Of a stretch of 64,000 nt of DNA, positions 19,389 through 30,514 are shown in pieces. The notes under the pieces are model-generated. The model was not told the DNA's origin and searched no databases. It saw only the letters and a program-made list of their open reading frames with translations. Positions within the stretch are counted from its first letter, which is position 1. Every line of letters starts with the position of its first letter. A program made the position numbers and the translations under genes. Origin of the DNA: a virus; IMG/VR virus record IMGVR_UViG_3300025276_000001, positions 50,100 through 114,099 of that record; one strand, given 5' to 3'.

Positions 19389-20033
19389 ATGAGCAATATA
19401 TTACAAGACATGTTAGGAATGCTTACTAGGAAAAAAGTAGCAACTCCAAAGTCAGATGATTATTTAGTTGTTTCCAGGTATGCAGATCCACAACAAGTAC
19501 TTAAACCTTTACCTAAGATCAATACAGAATTGATTACATTAAAGGCATTAAAAACATTTGTTAATGTAGGTGGAGCAGATGAATATGTTAATGCAGCAAC
19601 TTTTGATGGAGCTACGGACTTATTAACTCTAACTAGAGTAGGAGGAACTGCTATTACAGTAGATATGGACCGTAAGGATACTAAAGAATTTGTAAACTTT
19701 ACTGCCTTAACTGTTGCAACTGGTGCTACTACAGTAATAAATACTAATTCACCAGGTCAATTATTTCTTGTTGCTAGAACAGGAGAAGATGGAACAGGAA
19801 CACTTCAGTTACCCCCGGCAGCTGGAACAGAGAATTGGCAATACAGAAAAATAACTATTACAACTAATGGTTCAACTTCAGCAGCTAAACCAATTACACT
19901 TGATGCACAAGGATCTGAAACAATTAATGGTGGAGCTAATCTAGTGTTAGATAAGGTATATGCATCAGTAACAATTTGGTCTGATGGTACTAATTGGATT
20001 GTACTTTCATCATCTCAAGTAGCAGCTGTATAA
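19389..20033 (+). CDS. Tail fibre-associated structural protein
   Basis: LQLPPA...ETING...SVTIWSDGTNWIV fibre-tip-like motif; N-terminal motif shared with neighbours. Confidence 0.55.
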   Translation: MSNILQDMLGMLTRKKVATPKSDDYLVVSRYADPQQVLKPLPKINTELITLKALKTFVNVGGADEYVNAATFDGATDLLTLTRVGGTAITVDMDRKDTKEFVNFTALTVATGATTVINTNSPGQLFLVARTGEDGTGTLQLPPAAGTENWQYRKITITTNGSTSAAKPITLDAQGSETINGGANLVLDKVYASVTIWSDGTNWIVLSSSQVAAV

Positions 20034-20043
20034 ATAATATATT

Positions 20044-20445
20044 ATGAGCGGAATTTTAAGTAAAATATTTTCAGGAGGAGCAACTAAGTTAGTTGAAGGA
20101 ATAGGTGGTGTCTTAGATAACCTTATTACTTCTAAAGATGAAAAGTTAGCCGCTGAATTAAAGATAAAAGAACTAGTCTCAAAGTATGAGACAGACATGG
20201 AGAAAGAAATATCAGCACGTTGGAATGCAGATATGAATTCTGATAGTTGGTTAAGTAAAAATGTAAGACCTATTATATTAATATTCCTAGTAGTATCAAC
20301 AGTACTATTAGTTTTTATTGATGCAGGAGTAATTGCATTTGATGTTAAAGCTTCTTGGGTAGATCTATTACAGTTAGTCTTAATTACTGTAATTGGTGCA
20401 TACTTTGGTGGTAGGTCATTAGAAAAAAGAAATAAAAAACAATAA
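20044..20445 (+). CDS. Holin (3TM/GTA-holin-like)
   Basis: RWNADM-SDSWLSKNVRP, two TM helices, AYFGGRSLEK. Confidence 0.75.
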   Translation: MSGILSKIFSGGATKLVEGIGGVLDNLITSKDEKLAAELKIKELVSKYETDMEKEISARWNADMNSDSWLSKNVRPIILIFLVVSTVLLVFIDAGVIAFDVKASWVDLLQLVLITVIGAYFGGRSLEKRNKKQ

Positions 20446-20476
20446 CAATAACAATAACAATTAAAATTTAGAAATT

Positions 20477-20746
20477 ATGCCAAATAATATGAAAAAAGCA
20501 GGAATTAAGTATGGAAACGGTGGTTCCAAAGCAATGAAAAAAAAGAACATGGGCGGTGGAGGATTCTCTTACGGAGATGGAGACATGCAAGAAGATCCAA
20601 GACAAGCAAACATGAGAGCTATGGCTGCAGGTGGTGGCTTAAAAGGCTTTATGGCTGGAGGTAGTGTTGTGGATGGAATGATTGAAAAGAAAGCTTACGG
20701 TGGTAACGCTGGAGATATAAGTAGATCTGCTAGTACTGATTATTAA
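20477..20746 (+). CDS. Gly/Met-rich small protein with repeated xxxGG motifs
   Basis: YGNGG, KNMGG, MAAGG, FMAGG, KAYGG. Confidence 0.6.
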   Translation: MPNNMKKAGIKYGNGGSKAMKKKNMGGGGFSYGDGDMQEDPRQANMRAMAAGGGLKGFMAGGSVVDGMIEKKAYGGNAGDISRSASTDY

Positions 20747-20766
20747 TTTTAAAAAAGCAAGAAATC

Positions 20767-21009
20767 ATGGGTAAAGCATCAAAGAAAGCTTCATTTCCTT
20801 TACAGGGTGAAGTATTCAAAAGGGAAACAACTAACGGTTATTATAACCCAACTACAATCCCGGCTAAAATACAAGCTAAGAAAAATGCAACAGCAACAGC
20901 AACTAGAGAAAGGTTAGCTGCAGCAGGTTTTCAAGCTAAACAAATAACAACTAGAGCAACTGAACCAGAACAATCAGCTGCATTTAAAAACGGATACCGT
21001 AATTCATAA
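20767..21009 (+). CDS. Small basic hypothetical protein
   Basis: 80-aa ORF in the operon. Confidence 0.55.
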   Translation: MGKASKKASFPLQGEVFKRETTNGYYNPTTIPAKIQAKKNATATATRERLAAAGFQAKQITTRATEPEQSAAFKNGYRNS

Positions 21010-21014
21010 ATAAA

Positions 21015-21359
21015 ATGGCTCAATTAACTGCTCAAAAAATAGTACAAGCTGGCCTTAAGCCTGCTTATGCTGCTGCTACTGCAGCTGGTGATACACTGAT
21101 TAATACTGGTATACAATTTTTTCATGTTAAGAATGGAAGCGGGGTATCAGTAACTGCATCAGTAACACCTGTAGTTACAACTTACTTAGATGTTGACTTA
21201 GGTCTCTTAGTAAAAGAAACTGCAAAATTAGTACTAGCAGCAGGAACAAGTGGATTTTTAGGTCCATTTGAAGTTGATGCTTTTAATAGCCCTACGGGAA
21301 CAATAGAACTTGAATATACTGCGGCAACAACTGTTACAGTAGCAGCATTATATATATAA
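21015..21359 (+). CDS. Small beta-sandwich virion structural protein (putative)
   Basis: A/T/V-rich; VKNGSG...LGPF pattern. Confidence 0.5.
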   Translation: MAQLTAQKIVQAGLKPAYAAATAAGDTLINTGIQFFHVKNGSGVSVTASVTPVVTTYLDVDLGLLVKETAKLVLAAGTSGFLGPFEVDAFNSPTGTIELEYTAATTVTVAALYI

Positions 21360-21371
21360 AAACAAAAAATT

Positions 21372-23885
21372 ATGAGTGTATTTATACAAGAGGTTTTAGG
21401 TCTCTTAACAAACGGAAAAAGAAAAGATAGTCTTAAACTTAAATCTGATTATATTGAATTAGGTAGGTTAAAGGATAGTTCTTTGAATACTGGATCAAGT
21501 TATAGTCCAAAAATGGATCCTTATGTTATGAGGCTTGATGATTTTGTAGCGGCTTTGCCGGGTGGTACAGATACAACTTATTTATTACAAAGTGCACAAT
21601 CTGGAGACAACGTTGCTATTACACTTAATGCATCAGCAGGAACAGATTCTGTACTTACACTTAGACCTGGAACAAATGTTACATTATCAGATAATGGTTC
21701 AGGTCAAATTACTATAAACTCTACTGCAGGCGGAGCAGGGACTGTAACAAGCGTTGGTCTTGTAGTGCCTACTGGTTTTACAGTAATTAATTCTCCAATC
21801 ACAGCTTCAGGAGTTATGACAATTGAAGGAGCTGGTACAGTAGCACAATATATAGATGGTACTGGTGGACTGACTACGTTTCCAACTATTCCTGCAGTTC
21901 CTTTTACTAGTTTAACTACTAATGGATCAGGAGCAGCTACTTTAGCATCAGGAGTATTAAATGTACCTACACCAGATTTAATTACAGGTTCTGGAAGTGC
22001 TAAGCAAATGGCTATGTGGACTGCAACTAAAGAATTATCAGATGCAGCTCCTGTAGCAATGATACAAAATGGAGCTCCAGGTGCAACAGCAGTTTTAACT
22101 ATTGGTACTGATGATACAGAAACAGTAATAGTTGAATCAACAATTAGTCTTCAAGGAGGAGTAAAAGATGAAGTAAGTAGTTTAGGGACATCTGGTATGG
22201 TTCTTACAAGTACAGGTTCAAAGGCTAGATGGCAAACTATACCTGCAGCGGGTGTAACATCTATAGTAGCAGGAACAAATGTAACAATATCTCCAGTAGC
22301 AGGAACAGGTGCTGTAACTATAAATGCTACAGCAAGTGGAAGCGGAACAGTTACTACAGTAAGTTCAACAACCGCAGGAGATGCTTTAGATGTAGCTGTT
22401 ACAAATGCATCAACCACTCCAGCTTTAGCTTTTACATTTGCAGGAGCAACAACAGAGTATATTAACGGTGAAGGTAATTTAATTACTTTCCCGGCAAGTT
22501 CTGCAGGAACTGTTACAAGTGTAGCATCATTAACATTAGGTACATCAGGAACTGATTTAACTAGTACAGTAGCAAACGGAACCACTGCTGCGGTTATTAC
22601 ATTAAATGTACCAACAGCATCAGCAACAAACCGTGGTGCACTATCAGCAGCGGATTGGACAACTTTTAATAGTAAAGGAAATGGAACTGTAACTACAGTA
22701 TCATCTAGTTTTGCAGGAACAGCATTCACATCAACCGTTACTAATGCTTCAACTGCTCCGGCAATTGCAATCACTGCAAACGGAGCAAATACTGATTATG
22801 TAAATGGAGCAGGTGATTTTATAGCTTTAAGTACATTGCCTGCTACTAATGCATCAGGAGCAGACACACAAGTACAATACAATAATAGTGGAGCTTTTGG
22901 AGCAGGATCATTCTTTACTACAAACAAAACAAGTAAAGTAGATATTATATATGAATTAGGTTTAGTAGGTGATGGAACAAATCAAGGTTTATTAAAACTT
23001 TATTGTGAAGCAGGAACTCCACACTATGTAGGACTTAAAGGGCCTTTACATTCAGGTGGTAGTAGTTATACATTACAACTACCTAATACTTTACCTAACG
23101 TAGCTAATCAAATACTAGAATCAAATGCTGCAGGTACTTTATCTTGGGTAAATACACCAGTTGGTAGTGTAACAAGTGTTGGATTAACAATGCCAGCAGC
23201 TTTTGCAGTTGCAAGTTCACCAATAACTTCAAGTGGAACAATAACAGTATCAGGAGCAGGAGCAACAACACAATATATAGACGGAACAGGAGCGTTACAA
23301 ACATTCCCTACAATTCCAGCAGCTTATACTGGTTGGAATTTAACTGGAGATTTAGGTAGTGCACAAACAATTACAACAGGTAATACTGCATTAATAGCAG
23401 GGGGTGTTGGTTTAACATCAACAGCATCTGCAACAGATACATTAACTATTAATTTAGATAACACAGCAGTAACTCCTGGGACTTATGAAAATCCTAGTAT
23501 TGTTGTTGATGCACAAGGTAGAATTACATCAGCAGCAAGTGGAACAGGAGTAGTATACTTATCTTATGTTGCTACATGGACTGATCTTAAAGGAACCGGT
23601 ATTGTTGTAACTGAAATGTCTAATGATACAGGATTAACTTTTGCATGGGCCAATGATAGTGCAGGTGGATATACTATAACTCCAAGTGCAGTTTTAGGAG
23701 GTTATAAAAGTGCTTGGGTAATGGTTAACGGTAGTGGTGGAACTAGAGAAAATAGATCAGAAGTTTTCTTTGTAGAAGTTGTTGGTGGTAAAGTTAGTCT
23801 TGAAAATGTAAGACAAGACTTTATAAGATCAAACGTCTCAGTTAATGCTGGTAATATTGAAATAAGATATTATAAAGCAGAATAA
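21372..23885 (+). CDS. Long tail fibre protein with ~50-aa repeats
   Basis: GTVTSV...YIDGTG..TFPTIP repeats; VDAQGRITSA fibre motif. Confidence 0.8.
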   Translation: MSVFIQEVLGLLTNGKRKDSLKLKSDYIELGRLKDSSLNTGSSYSPKMDPYVMRLDDFVAALPGGTDTTYLLQSAQSGDNVAITLNASAGTDSVLTLRPGTNVTLSDNGSGQITINSTAGGAGTVTSVGLVVPTGFTVINSPITASGVMTIEGAGTVAQYIDGTGGLTTFPTIPAVPFTSLTTNGSGAATLASGVLNVPTPDLITGSGSAKQMAMWTATKELSDAAPVAMIQNGAPGATAVLTIGTDDTETVIVESTISLQGGVKDEVSSLGTSGMVLTSTGSKARWQTIPAAGVTSIVAGTNVTISPVAGTGAVTINATASGSGTVTTVSSTTAGDALDVAVTNASTTPALAFTFAGATTEYINGEGNLITFPASSAGTVTSVASLTLGTSGTDLTSTVANGTTAAVITLNVPTASATNRGALSAADWTTFNSKGNGTVTTVSSSFAGTAFTSTVTNASTAPAIAITANGANTDYVNGAGDFIALSTLPATNASGADTQVQYNNSGAFGAGSFFTTNKTSKVDIIYELGLVGDGTNQGLLKLYCEAGTPHYVGLKGPLHSGGSSYTLQLPNTLPNVANQILESNAAGTLSWVNTPVGSVTSVGLTMPAAFAVASSPITSSGTITVSGAGATTQYIDGTGALQTFPTIPAAYTGWNLTGDLGSAQTITTGNTALIAGGVGLTSTASATDTLTINLDNTAVTPGTYENPSIVVDAQGRITSAASGTGVVYLSYVATWTDLKGTGIVVTEMSNDTGLTFAWANDSAGGYTITPSAVLGGYKSAWVMVNGSGGTRENRSEVFFVEVVGGKVSLENVRQDFIRSNVSVNAGNIEIRYYKAE
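21738..23317 (+). repeat. Degenerate ~50-codon repeats inside the tail fibre (4-5 copies)
   Basis: GTVTSVGLVVP..YIDGTG, GTVTTVSS..YINGEG, GTVTTVSS..YVNGAG, GSVTSVGLTMP..YIDGTG. Confidence 0.75.
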
Positions 23886-23892
23886 TATAAGA

Positions 23893-23927
23893 AAGTGTCC
23901 AGTTGATGGTTGATTAACTGGACACTT
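23893..23927. terminator. Hairpin at convergent gene junction (probable bidirectional terminator)
   Basis: Perfect 12-bp inverted repeat AAGTGTCCAGTT/AACTGGACACTT with an 11-nt loop. Confidence 0.7.
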
Positions 23928-23934
23928 AAACTTA

Positions 23935-24279
23935 TTATTTACCCCATTTATTACGGTTAACTAACATAGCTATAATACTATAGTTAGCAAGATCAATCCA
24001 AGAATCTTCTAAAGACTCATTGTAACCTTTCTTTTTATTCCAAAGTAAGTTTTGTATACGTGATATCTTATCATTCATACGAAACCATAAGCCTTGATGG
24101 CTAAACATCTTGTTACTATCTATTGATAGATCTCTACCTATAGCAATGTTATTAGGACCATAGTCCATTTGTTTGCTACAGAATAACTCAAGTTGTTCCT
24201 TTTGTATAGATTTAAATGCTTCTACTGTTTCAGGATACAATTGACTGCACGCTGATACTACTAATTGTTTTTTTTCCAT
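23935..24279 (-). CDS. Nucleotide-modification-associated domain protein (DUF1599/Nmad1-like)
   Basis: KQMDYG, RMNDKISR, ESLEDSWIDLANY; start moved to avoid overlap with groEL. Confidence 0.7.
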   Translation of the reverse strand: MEKKQLVVSACSQLYPETVEAFKSIQKEQLELFCSKQMDYGPNNIAIGRDLSIDSNKMFSHQGLWFRMNDKISRIQNLLWNKKKGYNESLEDSWIDLANYSIIAMLVNRNKWGK

Positions 24280-24316
24280 TTTTTTGAAGGCCAAATTACT
24301 ACTATATTTCCACCCA

Positions 24317-25966
<1,650 letters not shown>

Positions 25967-25988
25967 TTAAATGTTATGTAAAATAATC

Positions 25989-26070
25989 AAAAGGGAAGGA
26001 CAATAATAAATTAAATAAGTGCTCTTATACACTCTTTAGTTTTATTTGGGAAAATCCCCCCTCCCCTTTT
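25989..26070 (-). other. Branched RNA secondary structure upstream of groEL
   Basis: 11-bp closing stem AAAAGGGGAGG/CCTTCCCTTTT enclosing two hairpins. Confidence 0.45.
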
Positions 26071-26076
26071 AATTAG

Positions 26077-26157
26077 TTAAAATGGTTCATCAGACTTATT
26101 TGTTACTATATAAGCACCTATTAGTATGATTAGTAAAGCTACCATTATGTTTACCAT
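26077..26157 (-). CDS. 26-aa membrane peptide, not in ORF track
   Basis: MVNIMVALLIILIGAYIVTNKSDEPF; abuts the upstream stop codon. Confidence 0.4.
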   Translation of the reverse strand: MVNIMVALLIILIGAYIVTNKSDEPF

Positions 26158-27066
26158 CTAGTTACTGTATGTATCAAATGCAAGTTGACCTTCTGTAATT
26201 TCTTGGTCTATTTCTATTGCCACTCCTTCTAATACATCATGTTCAATGTCTTTATGATCAAACTCCGGGTCCATTGTAATTGCAAAGTCATTTATGTTTA
26301 CTTCACTAAAACTCTTTGGTCCTGCAGTAACAACCTGCGTCATCATAAAATCATGAAAGTCTTGACTATCCTGCATCCAGTCTCTTGGAGGAGATACTTT
26401 TAATGAATGAGTAACATGATTGTAAAACGCCCATGCATTATCATCATTACATCCATAGTCAAATGAAGCCTTCTTCATCTCTTTCTTAATAGTAGATACT
26501 TGTGTTGGTGTAATTATCTCATCATCAGCAAACAATCTTCCTAATAACTCAGACTGTTGAAGGTTTGATAAGGTAATACCTCTCAATGCATCTCTATCAT
26601 TTAAGATACGTGTGTAATGCTTTTCACCATTTTTAATTTGATTACTTAATTGCATTACAATATCATGGCCTGCTGATCCGGTGTGCTTTCTTTTGAAGTT
26701 CATCATATCTCCACACATCATACCATTACTACATACCATTACATATGCACCAATTGCACATTGAAATCTTGTACTCTTGTCATAAGAGTTTGTCCAGGCA
26801 AACATCATTCCTAATTCAGTCTCATTGTTGATTTGATCATCAGTTGACTGTGTAGGGTAAATATGATATATGCCCTGTGCTACTTGGGCATTCATGTTTG
26901 CTCTATATACTTCTTTACGGATAGTGAAACCACTATCCTCCAATAAATTTTTTGTGTTCTCTATCACGTCTTTATGTGATACCACTGTATAGCTCTTACC
27001 ATGGTTAGGTAAGGGTTGGTTTTCTAAAAATACTTGTGTTGTTTCTGTTGCTCTTTTGTAGCGCAT
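26158..27066 (-). CDS. DUF932/DUF945-family protein
   Basis: NSYDKS...VCSNGM and NAWAFYNHVT motifs. Confidence 0.75.
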   Translation of the reverse strand: MRYKRATETTQVFLENQPLPNHGKSYTVVSHKDVIENTKNLLEDSGFTIRKEVYRANMNAQVAQGIYHIYPTQSTDDQINNETELGMMFAWTNSYDKSTRFQCAIGAYVMVCSNGMMCGDMMNFKRKHTGSAGHDIVMQLSNQIKNGEKHYTRILNDRDALRGITLSNLQQSELLGRLFADDEIITPTQVSTIKKEMKKASFDYGCNDDNAWAFYNHVTHSLKVSPPRDWMQDSQDFHDFMMTQVVTAGPKSFSEVNINDFAITMDPEFDHKDIEHDVLEGVAIEIDQEITEGQLAFDTYSN

Positions 27067-27085
27067 AGTTTAAACTTTAATAGTG

Positions 27086-27117
27086 TAAAGATAATAAATT
27101 TAAATGGTTTACACAAA
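27086..27117 (-). promoter_or_regulatory. Bacteroidota-type promoter (-33 TTTG, 20 nt, -7 TATCTTTA)
   Basis: Correct spacing; one mismatch to TAnnTTTG; 19 nt before the ATG. Confidence 0.5.
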
Positions 27118-27119
27118 GA

Positions 27120-27431
27120 TTATCTATCTTTAACAAACGTACCATTTATCATTCTACCGGTTCTTTTGCTTATAACATTATAAGCTGCTGTCAAACATGA
27201 TTCTAGAGAAACATTTTGCATTTTAGCTTGGATAATTAACGTTACCATTATATCACCCATAGCATCTACAATCTCATCTCTATCTTCATTATTGATAGCT
27301 GCACATAACTCTGTGCATTCTTCCATAGTCTTCAAAGCTTGCGCCATTGGGCTAGCTTTAGACATTATACCTTTTTCATGTGCCCATTCTTCAACAGCAC
27401 ATTCTAACTCATAATAATCCTTTGTCTTCAT
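27120..27431 (-). CDS. MazG-like NTP pyrophosphohydrolase
   Basis: KTMEECTEL...DAMGDIMV, YNVISKRTG. Confidence 0.85.
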   Translation of the reverse strand: MKTKDYYELECAVEEWAHEKGIMSKASPMAQALKTMEECTELCAAINNEDRDEIVDAMGDIMVTLIIQAKMQNVSLESCLTAAYNVISKRTGRMINGTFVKDR

Positions 27432-27432
27432 T

Positions 27433-29424
27433 TTAAAATAATTTTAATTGGTTTGATGATACATTTATAATACCATTTATCTCTTCTTCTATGGCTTCCA
27501 GATAATACTTTTTATCAATGTTATAGTCTTCCCACTTAGGTTTGATTTTCATATCATTAAACACTACCTGTAACCATCTACCGGCTTCAAGTTGTATTTC
27601 TCTTTTATCTAACTTATGAACTTTAACCATCTTTACTCCTGATTTAGATATATAATATCTATTGATCTTTTGTAAATCATCTTCTGCAAAAATACCATTT
27701 TTAATCTGCCTTGCAACTTGTTTCCATTCTCCTTTAGATTTACCACCTATACAATAATCCAATATGTTTTTATTTGTATCAAGATATTCCTGCGGGAGTA
27801 TATTATGTACAAAGTATTGGTAGATTGCCTTTGGTATAACTAATTTAGATTTGTTTTTATGCAATTGTAGATCATGAAAATCAAATCTACCTTTTAACTT
27901 TACTGGAGCAAAACTAAACTTATCACCTTCTACTTTAAATAGATAGTGAGGATTAGCTTCTTTAATTTCTCTCCATTTTGTAATGTCTACGTTTACATAT
28001 TTGTTTATACCTATGTAATTATTGACATCACCTAAAATTAACTTTTGATATTCATCATGTTCTAAGTTCAGATTGGTAGTTACTTGCCATTCTTCACATA
28101 TCTTCATGTACTCATCATAATAAGCTTTAGGAATCACAGTCTCTACACCGTCAGTGTTTTGCAATAAAGCAATTGCACCTGGTATTCTTTCCATAATTTG
28201 TTCATAAAGCATCATTAGAGTAAGTTGACCATTGATAGTGATCTTCATACATAACTCTGGATCATAAAAGAAGCTGTTCTCATCATTACTAAGGCCAAAA
28301 GTTGAATTAAGTATAATCTTATATACATAGTTCATTGGATTGCTCTTAGGTATCTTCTTACGCTCTTCAAAGAACCATTCATATTGGTTACAGAATTCTT
28401 CTTTAGGGAAGTGTCCTGGTGACCACTTGTTCTTTATAGCAAGATTAGGATAAAAACTAGTAACATCTGATGACATAATCATCATATCTTCTTCCGGTTC
28501 ATACACTCCTTTACTAGCAGCACCATGTACACCACCTAAACCAAAATGTGTCTTTACATTTTTATAGTCAATGTGATATTTGAAGCTGCCTTTTAAAGCA
28601 AGCGCATTAACTTCTAAAGCTTTAAACCTGTCAAGTAACACGTTAAACTCAGGAGATGTAAACTTAATATAAGGAAGTATAATATCCTTCACTTTAATAG
28701 TGTCCCTATAAGTTCTCATTTGTTTGAGATCTCTTTTAGGTATATTCAGTTTCTTAGTAAGGAAGTAACCAAATACTTCTTTACTTATCCTTGGTTCTGA
28801 TGCACTAAACAAGTTAACACCATACTCTTTAGTAAGTTCTTTTCTTAATTTTATCTGTGATTTAGATCTGTTGTAGATTTCCTTTGTTGACTTAACATCA
28901 TTAACGCAGTATTCTAGTATAATATCTATTTCTGATTGTTTATCTATTAATGTCTCATGATGAATTGGCATATCAATAATGTTTTGCCAATCCATACTAT
29001 ACTGTATCCACTTTAAGCTAGAACGCTTAGCAGGATTATCCCAGTGATGCATTTTAAATACATCTATTTGACCCATTTTCATTTTCCACTGAGGATAATC
29101 ACTAAATTCTTTCTTATTTGACTTTGTGATACATCTTTGAGCATATGTATAGATAATAGCTGCTATTTCACAGCCACTTAGATTCTTCCATAAAAAATGG
29201 TTATCTAATATATAATGAGTGACCTGCGCATCAAATGCTAATCCGTTGTAGGATATATGCCACTCTTTGTTTTTTATGTTATCTTCTAAGAAATTAATAA
29301 ACCTTGGTAAATCATTTTGCAGGTCATGAATTACAAAAATCTCAGTCTCCTGAGTGTTGTAATGTTCAAATACTCCTGTAAAACAATTAGCCAATGTCTC
29401 ATAATCCATTACCCAATGTCTCAT
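27433..29424 (-). CDS. DNA polymerase family B (crAss-type)
   Basis: Exonuclease motifs DYET, YNGLAFD, YCVND; polymerase motifs DVTSFYP, KIILNSTFG, NTDG. Confidence 0.92.
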   Translation of the reverse strand: MRHWVMDYETLANCFTGVFEHYNTQETEIFVIHDLQNDLPRFINFLEDNIKNKEWHISYNGLAFDAQVTHYILDNHFLWKNLSGCEIAAIIYTYAQRCITKSNKKEFSDYPQWKMKMGQIDVFKMHHWDNPAKRSSLKWIQYSMDWQNIIDMPIHHETLIDKQSEIDIILEYCVNDVKSTKEIYNRSKSQIKLRKELTKEYGVNLFSASEPRISKEVFGYFLTKKLNIPKRDLKQMRTYRDTIKVKDIILPYIKFTSPEFNVLLDRFKALEVNALALKGSFKYHIDYKNVKTHFGLGGVHGAASKGVYEPEEDMMIMSSDVTSFYPNLAIKNKWSPGHFPKEEFCNQYEWFFEERKKIPKSNPMNYVYKIILNSTFGLSNDENSFFYDPELCMKITINGQLTLMMLYEQIMERIPGAIALLQNTDGVETVIPKAYYDEYMKICEEWQVTTNLNLEHDEYQKLILGDVNNYIGINKYVNVDITKWREIKEANPHYLFKVEGDKFSFAPVKLKGRFDFHDLQLHKNKSKLVIPKAIYQYFVHNILPQEYLDTNKNILDYCIGGKSKGEWKQVARQIKNGIFAEDDLQKINRYYISKSGVKMVKVHKLDKREIQLEAGRWLQVVFNDMKIKPKWEDYNIDKKYYLEAIEEEINGIINVSSNQLKLF

Positions 29425-29445
29425 ATAGTTTTATGTTTTAGAGCC

Positions 29446-29478
29446 AAAAAAAACCTCCGTCAAGAGGCTTTCTTTTTT
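29446..29478 (-). terminator. Intrinsic terminator
   Basis: Minus strand AAAGCCTC-ttgacg-GAGGTTTTTTTT. Confidence 0.7.
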
Positions 29479-29503
29479 AAAGTCAATAAGTATATTTCTA
29501 GCT

Positions 29504-29923
29504 TTACTGACCTGGTACTATAAGTTTAGATACTTTAGTTTCTTCTACATCAACAAAGAATTCTTCAACTGAAAAGTCTTCTGCATTTACTGCAAACATA
29601 TGAATGAAAGTGTCAATATCTTTTCTATCATTTAAATAAAACTCAGAAAATGTATCTACAAGCCTTCTTTCTTCCTTAACAGTCTTACCTGTCTGTGGGT
29701 TTGGAGCTTTTAATTTTTGTGGTTGACCTGATTCATCTAGTTTAGGAACCATGTGGTAAGATTGTTTCATAACCTTACTGATTACAGCTAAGATGCTTGA
29801 TGATGGATCAAACATAGCTTCTACATATGGTGAGTCATTGCTCACTGGTATTAAAGTAAAGGATTTTACACCTCTGAAACTAGAATTAACTAGCATCATA
29901 TTTTGTCCTATTGGTTTTGACAT
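29504..29923 (-). CDS. Hypothetical protein
   Basis: 139-aa ORF, in operon orientation. Confidence 0.65.
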   Translation of the reverse strand: MSKPIGQNMMLVNSSFRGVKSFTLIPVSNDSPYVEAMFDPSSSILAVISKVMKQSYHMVPKLDESGQPQKLKAPNPQTGKTVKEERRLVDTFSEFYLNDRKDIDTFIHMFAVNAEDFSVEEFFVDVEETKVSKLIVPGQ

Positions 29924-29934
29924 AATGTTCTTTT

Positions 29935-30513
29935 TTATTTTTCCAAATATATGGAGTTCTTTATTAATAGACTATTTAATATTTCATTATTTTCATGAAA
30001 TGTTTCTTTATCTAAATCTGGTATACTGCATACTTCATATACACTAATTATATATTCTATCTCTACTCCTAATGCTTCTGCATAATCTTCATGCGCATCA
30101 TCAGGTGATAAGAAGGAAGTAATATAGTGTAACATGTTACCTGCTGAACTAAAGAAATCCAAGATTGTTATCTTAGACTCTAAACTGAATTGAGAATAGC
30201 TGCCCTTTATAAATCTATTGAAATCATTCTTATAACTTGTAAAGTCAAATATAAATAAATGTTTGTTGTTTCCAAGATCCATATACTTATGAAATAATTT
30301 ATGACTTTTTAAGTATCTATCACAGAATGCTATAAACTTATCTGTTTTCTTAGCATGGTATTCACATAACAACATGTGTTCTCCTGCAGCATATACATGC
30401 TCCCAACAAACATAAGTTTGTATGGGAACATAAGCAATGCCTTTTCTAAGTTTTAACAGAGGGTAAAGAAAAACTTTACTCTTTTGAAAATAGTCTGTGT
30501 ACACTCCTTCCAT
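29935..30513 (-). CDS. Hypothetical protein
   Basis: 192-aa ORF coupled to the exonuclease gene. Confidence 0.65.
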   Translation of the reverse strand: MEGVYTDYFQKSKVFLYPLLKLRKGIAYVPIQTYVCWEHVYAAGEHMLLCEYHAKKTDKFIAFCDRYLKSHKLFHKYMDLGNNKHLFIFDFTSYKNDFNRFIKGSYSQFSLESKITILDFFSSAGNMLHYITSFLSPDDAHEDYAEALGVEIEYIISVYEVCSIPDLDKETFHENNEILNSLLIKNSIYLEK

Positions 30514-30514
30514 A

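Noticed and set aside
18306-23885. Diversity-generating retroelement acting on tail fibres
   Set aside because: No reverse transcriptase and no near-identical template/variable repeat pair in the window; the repeats are diverged protein-level duplications.
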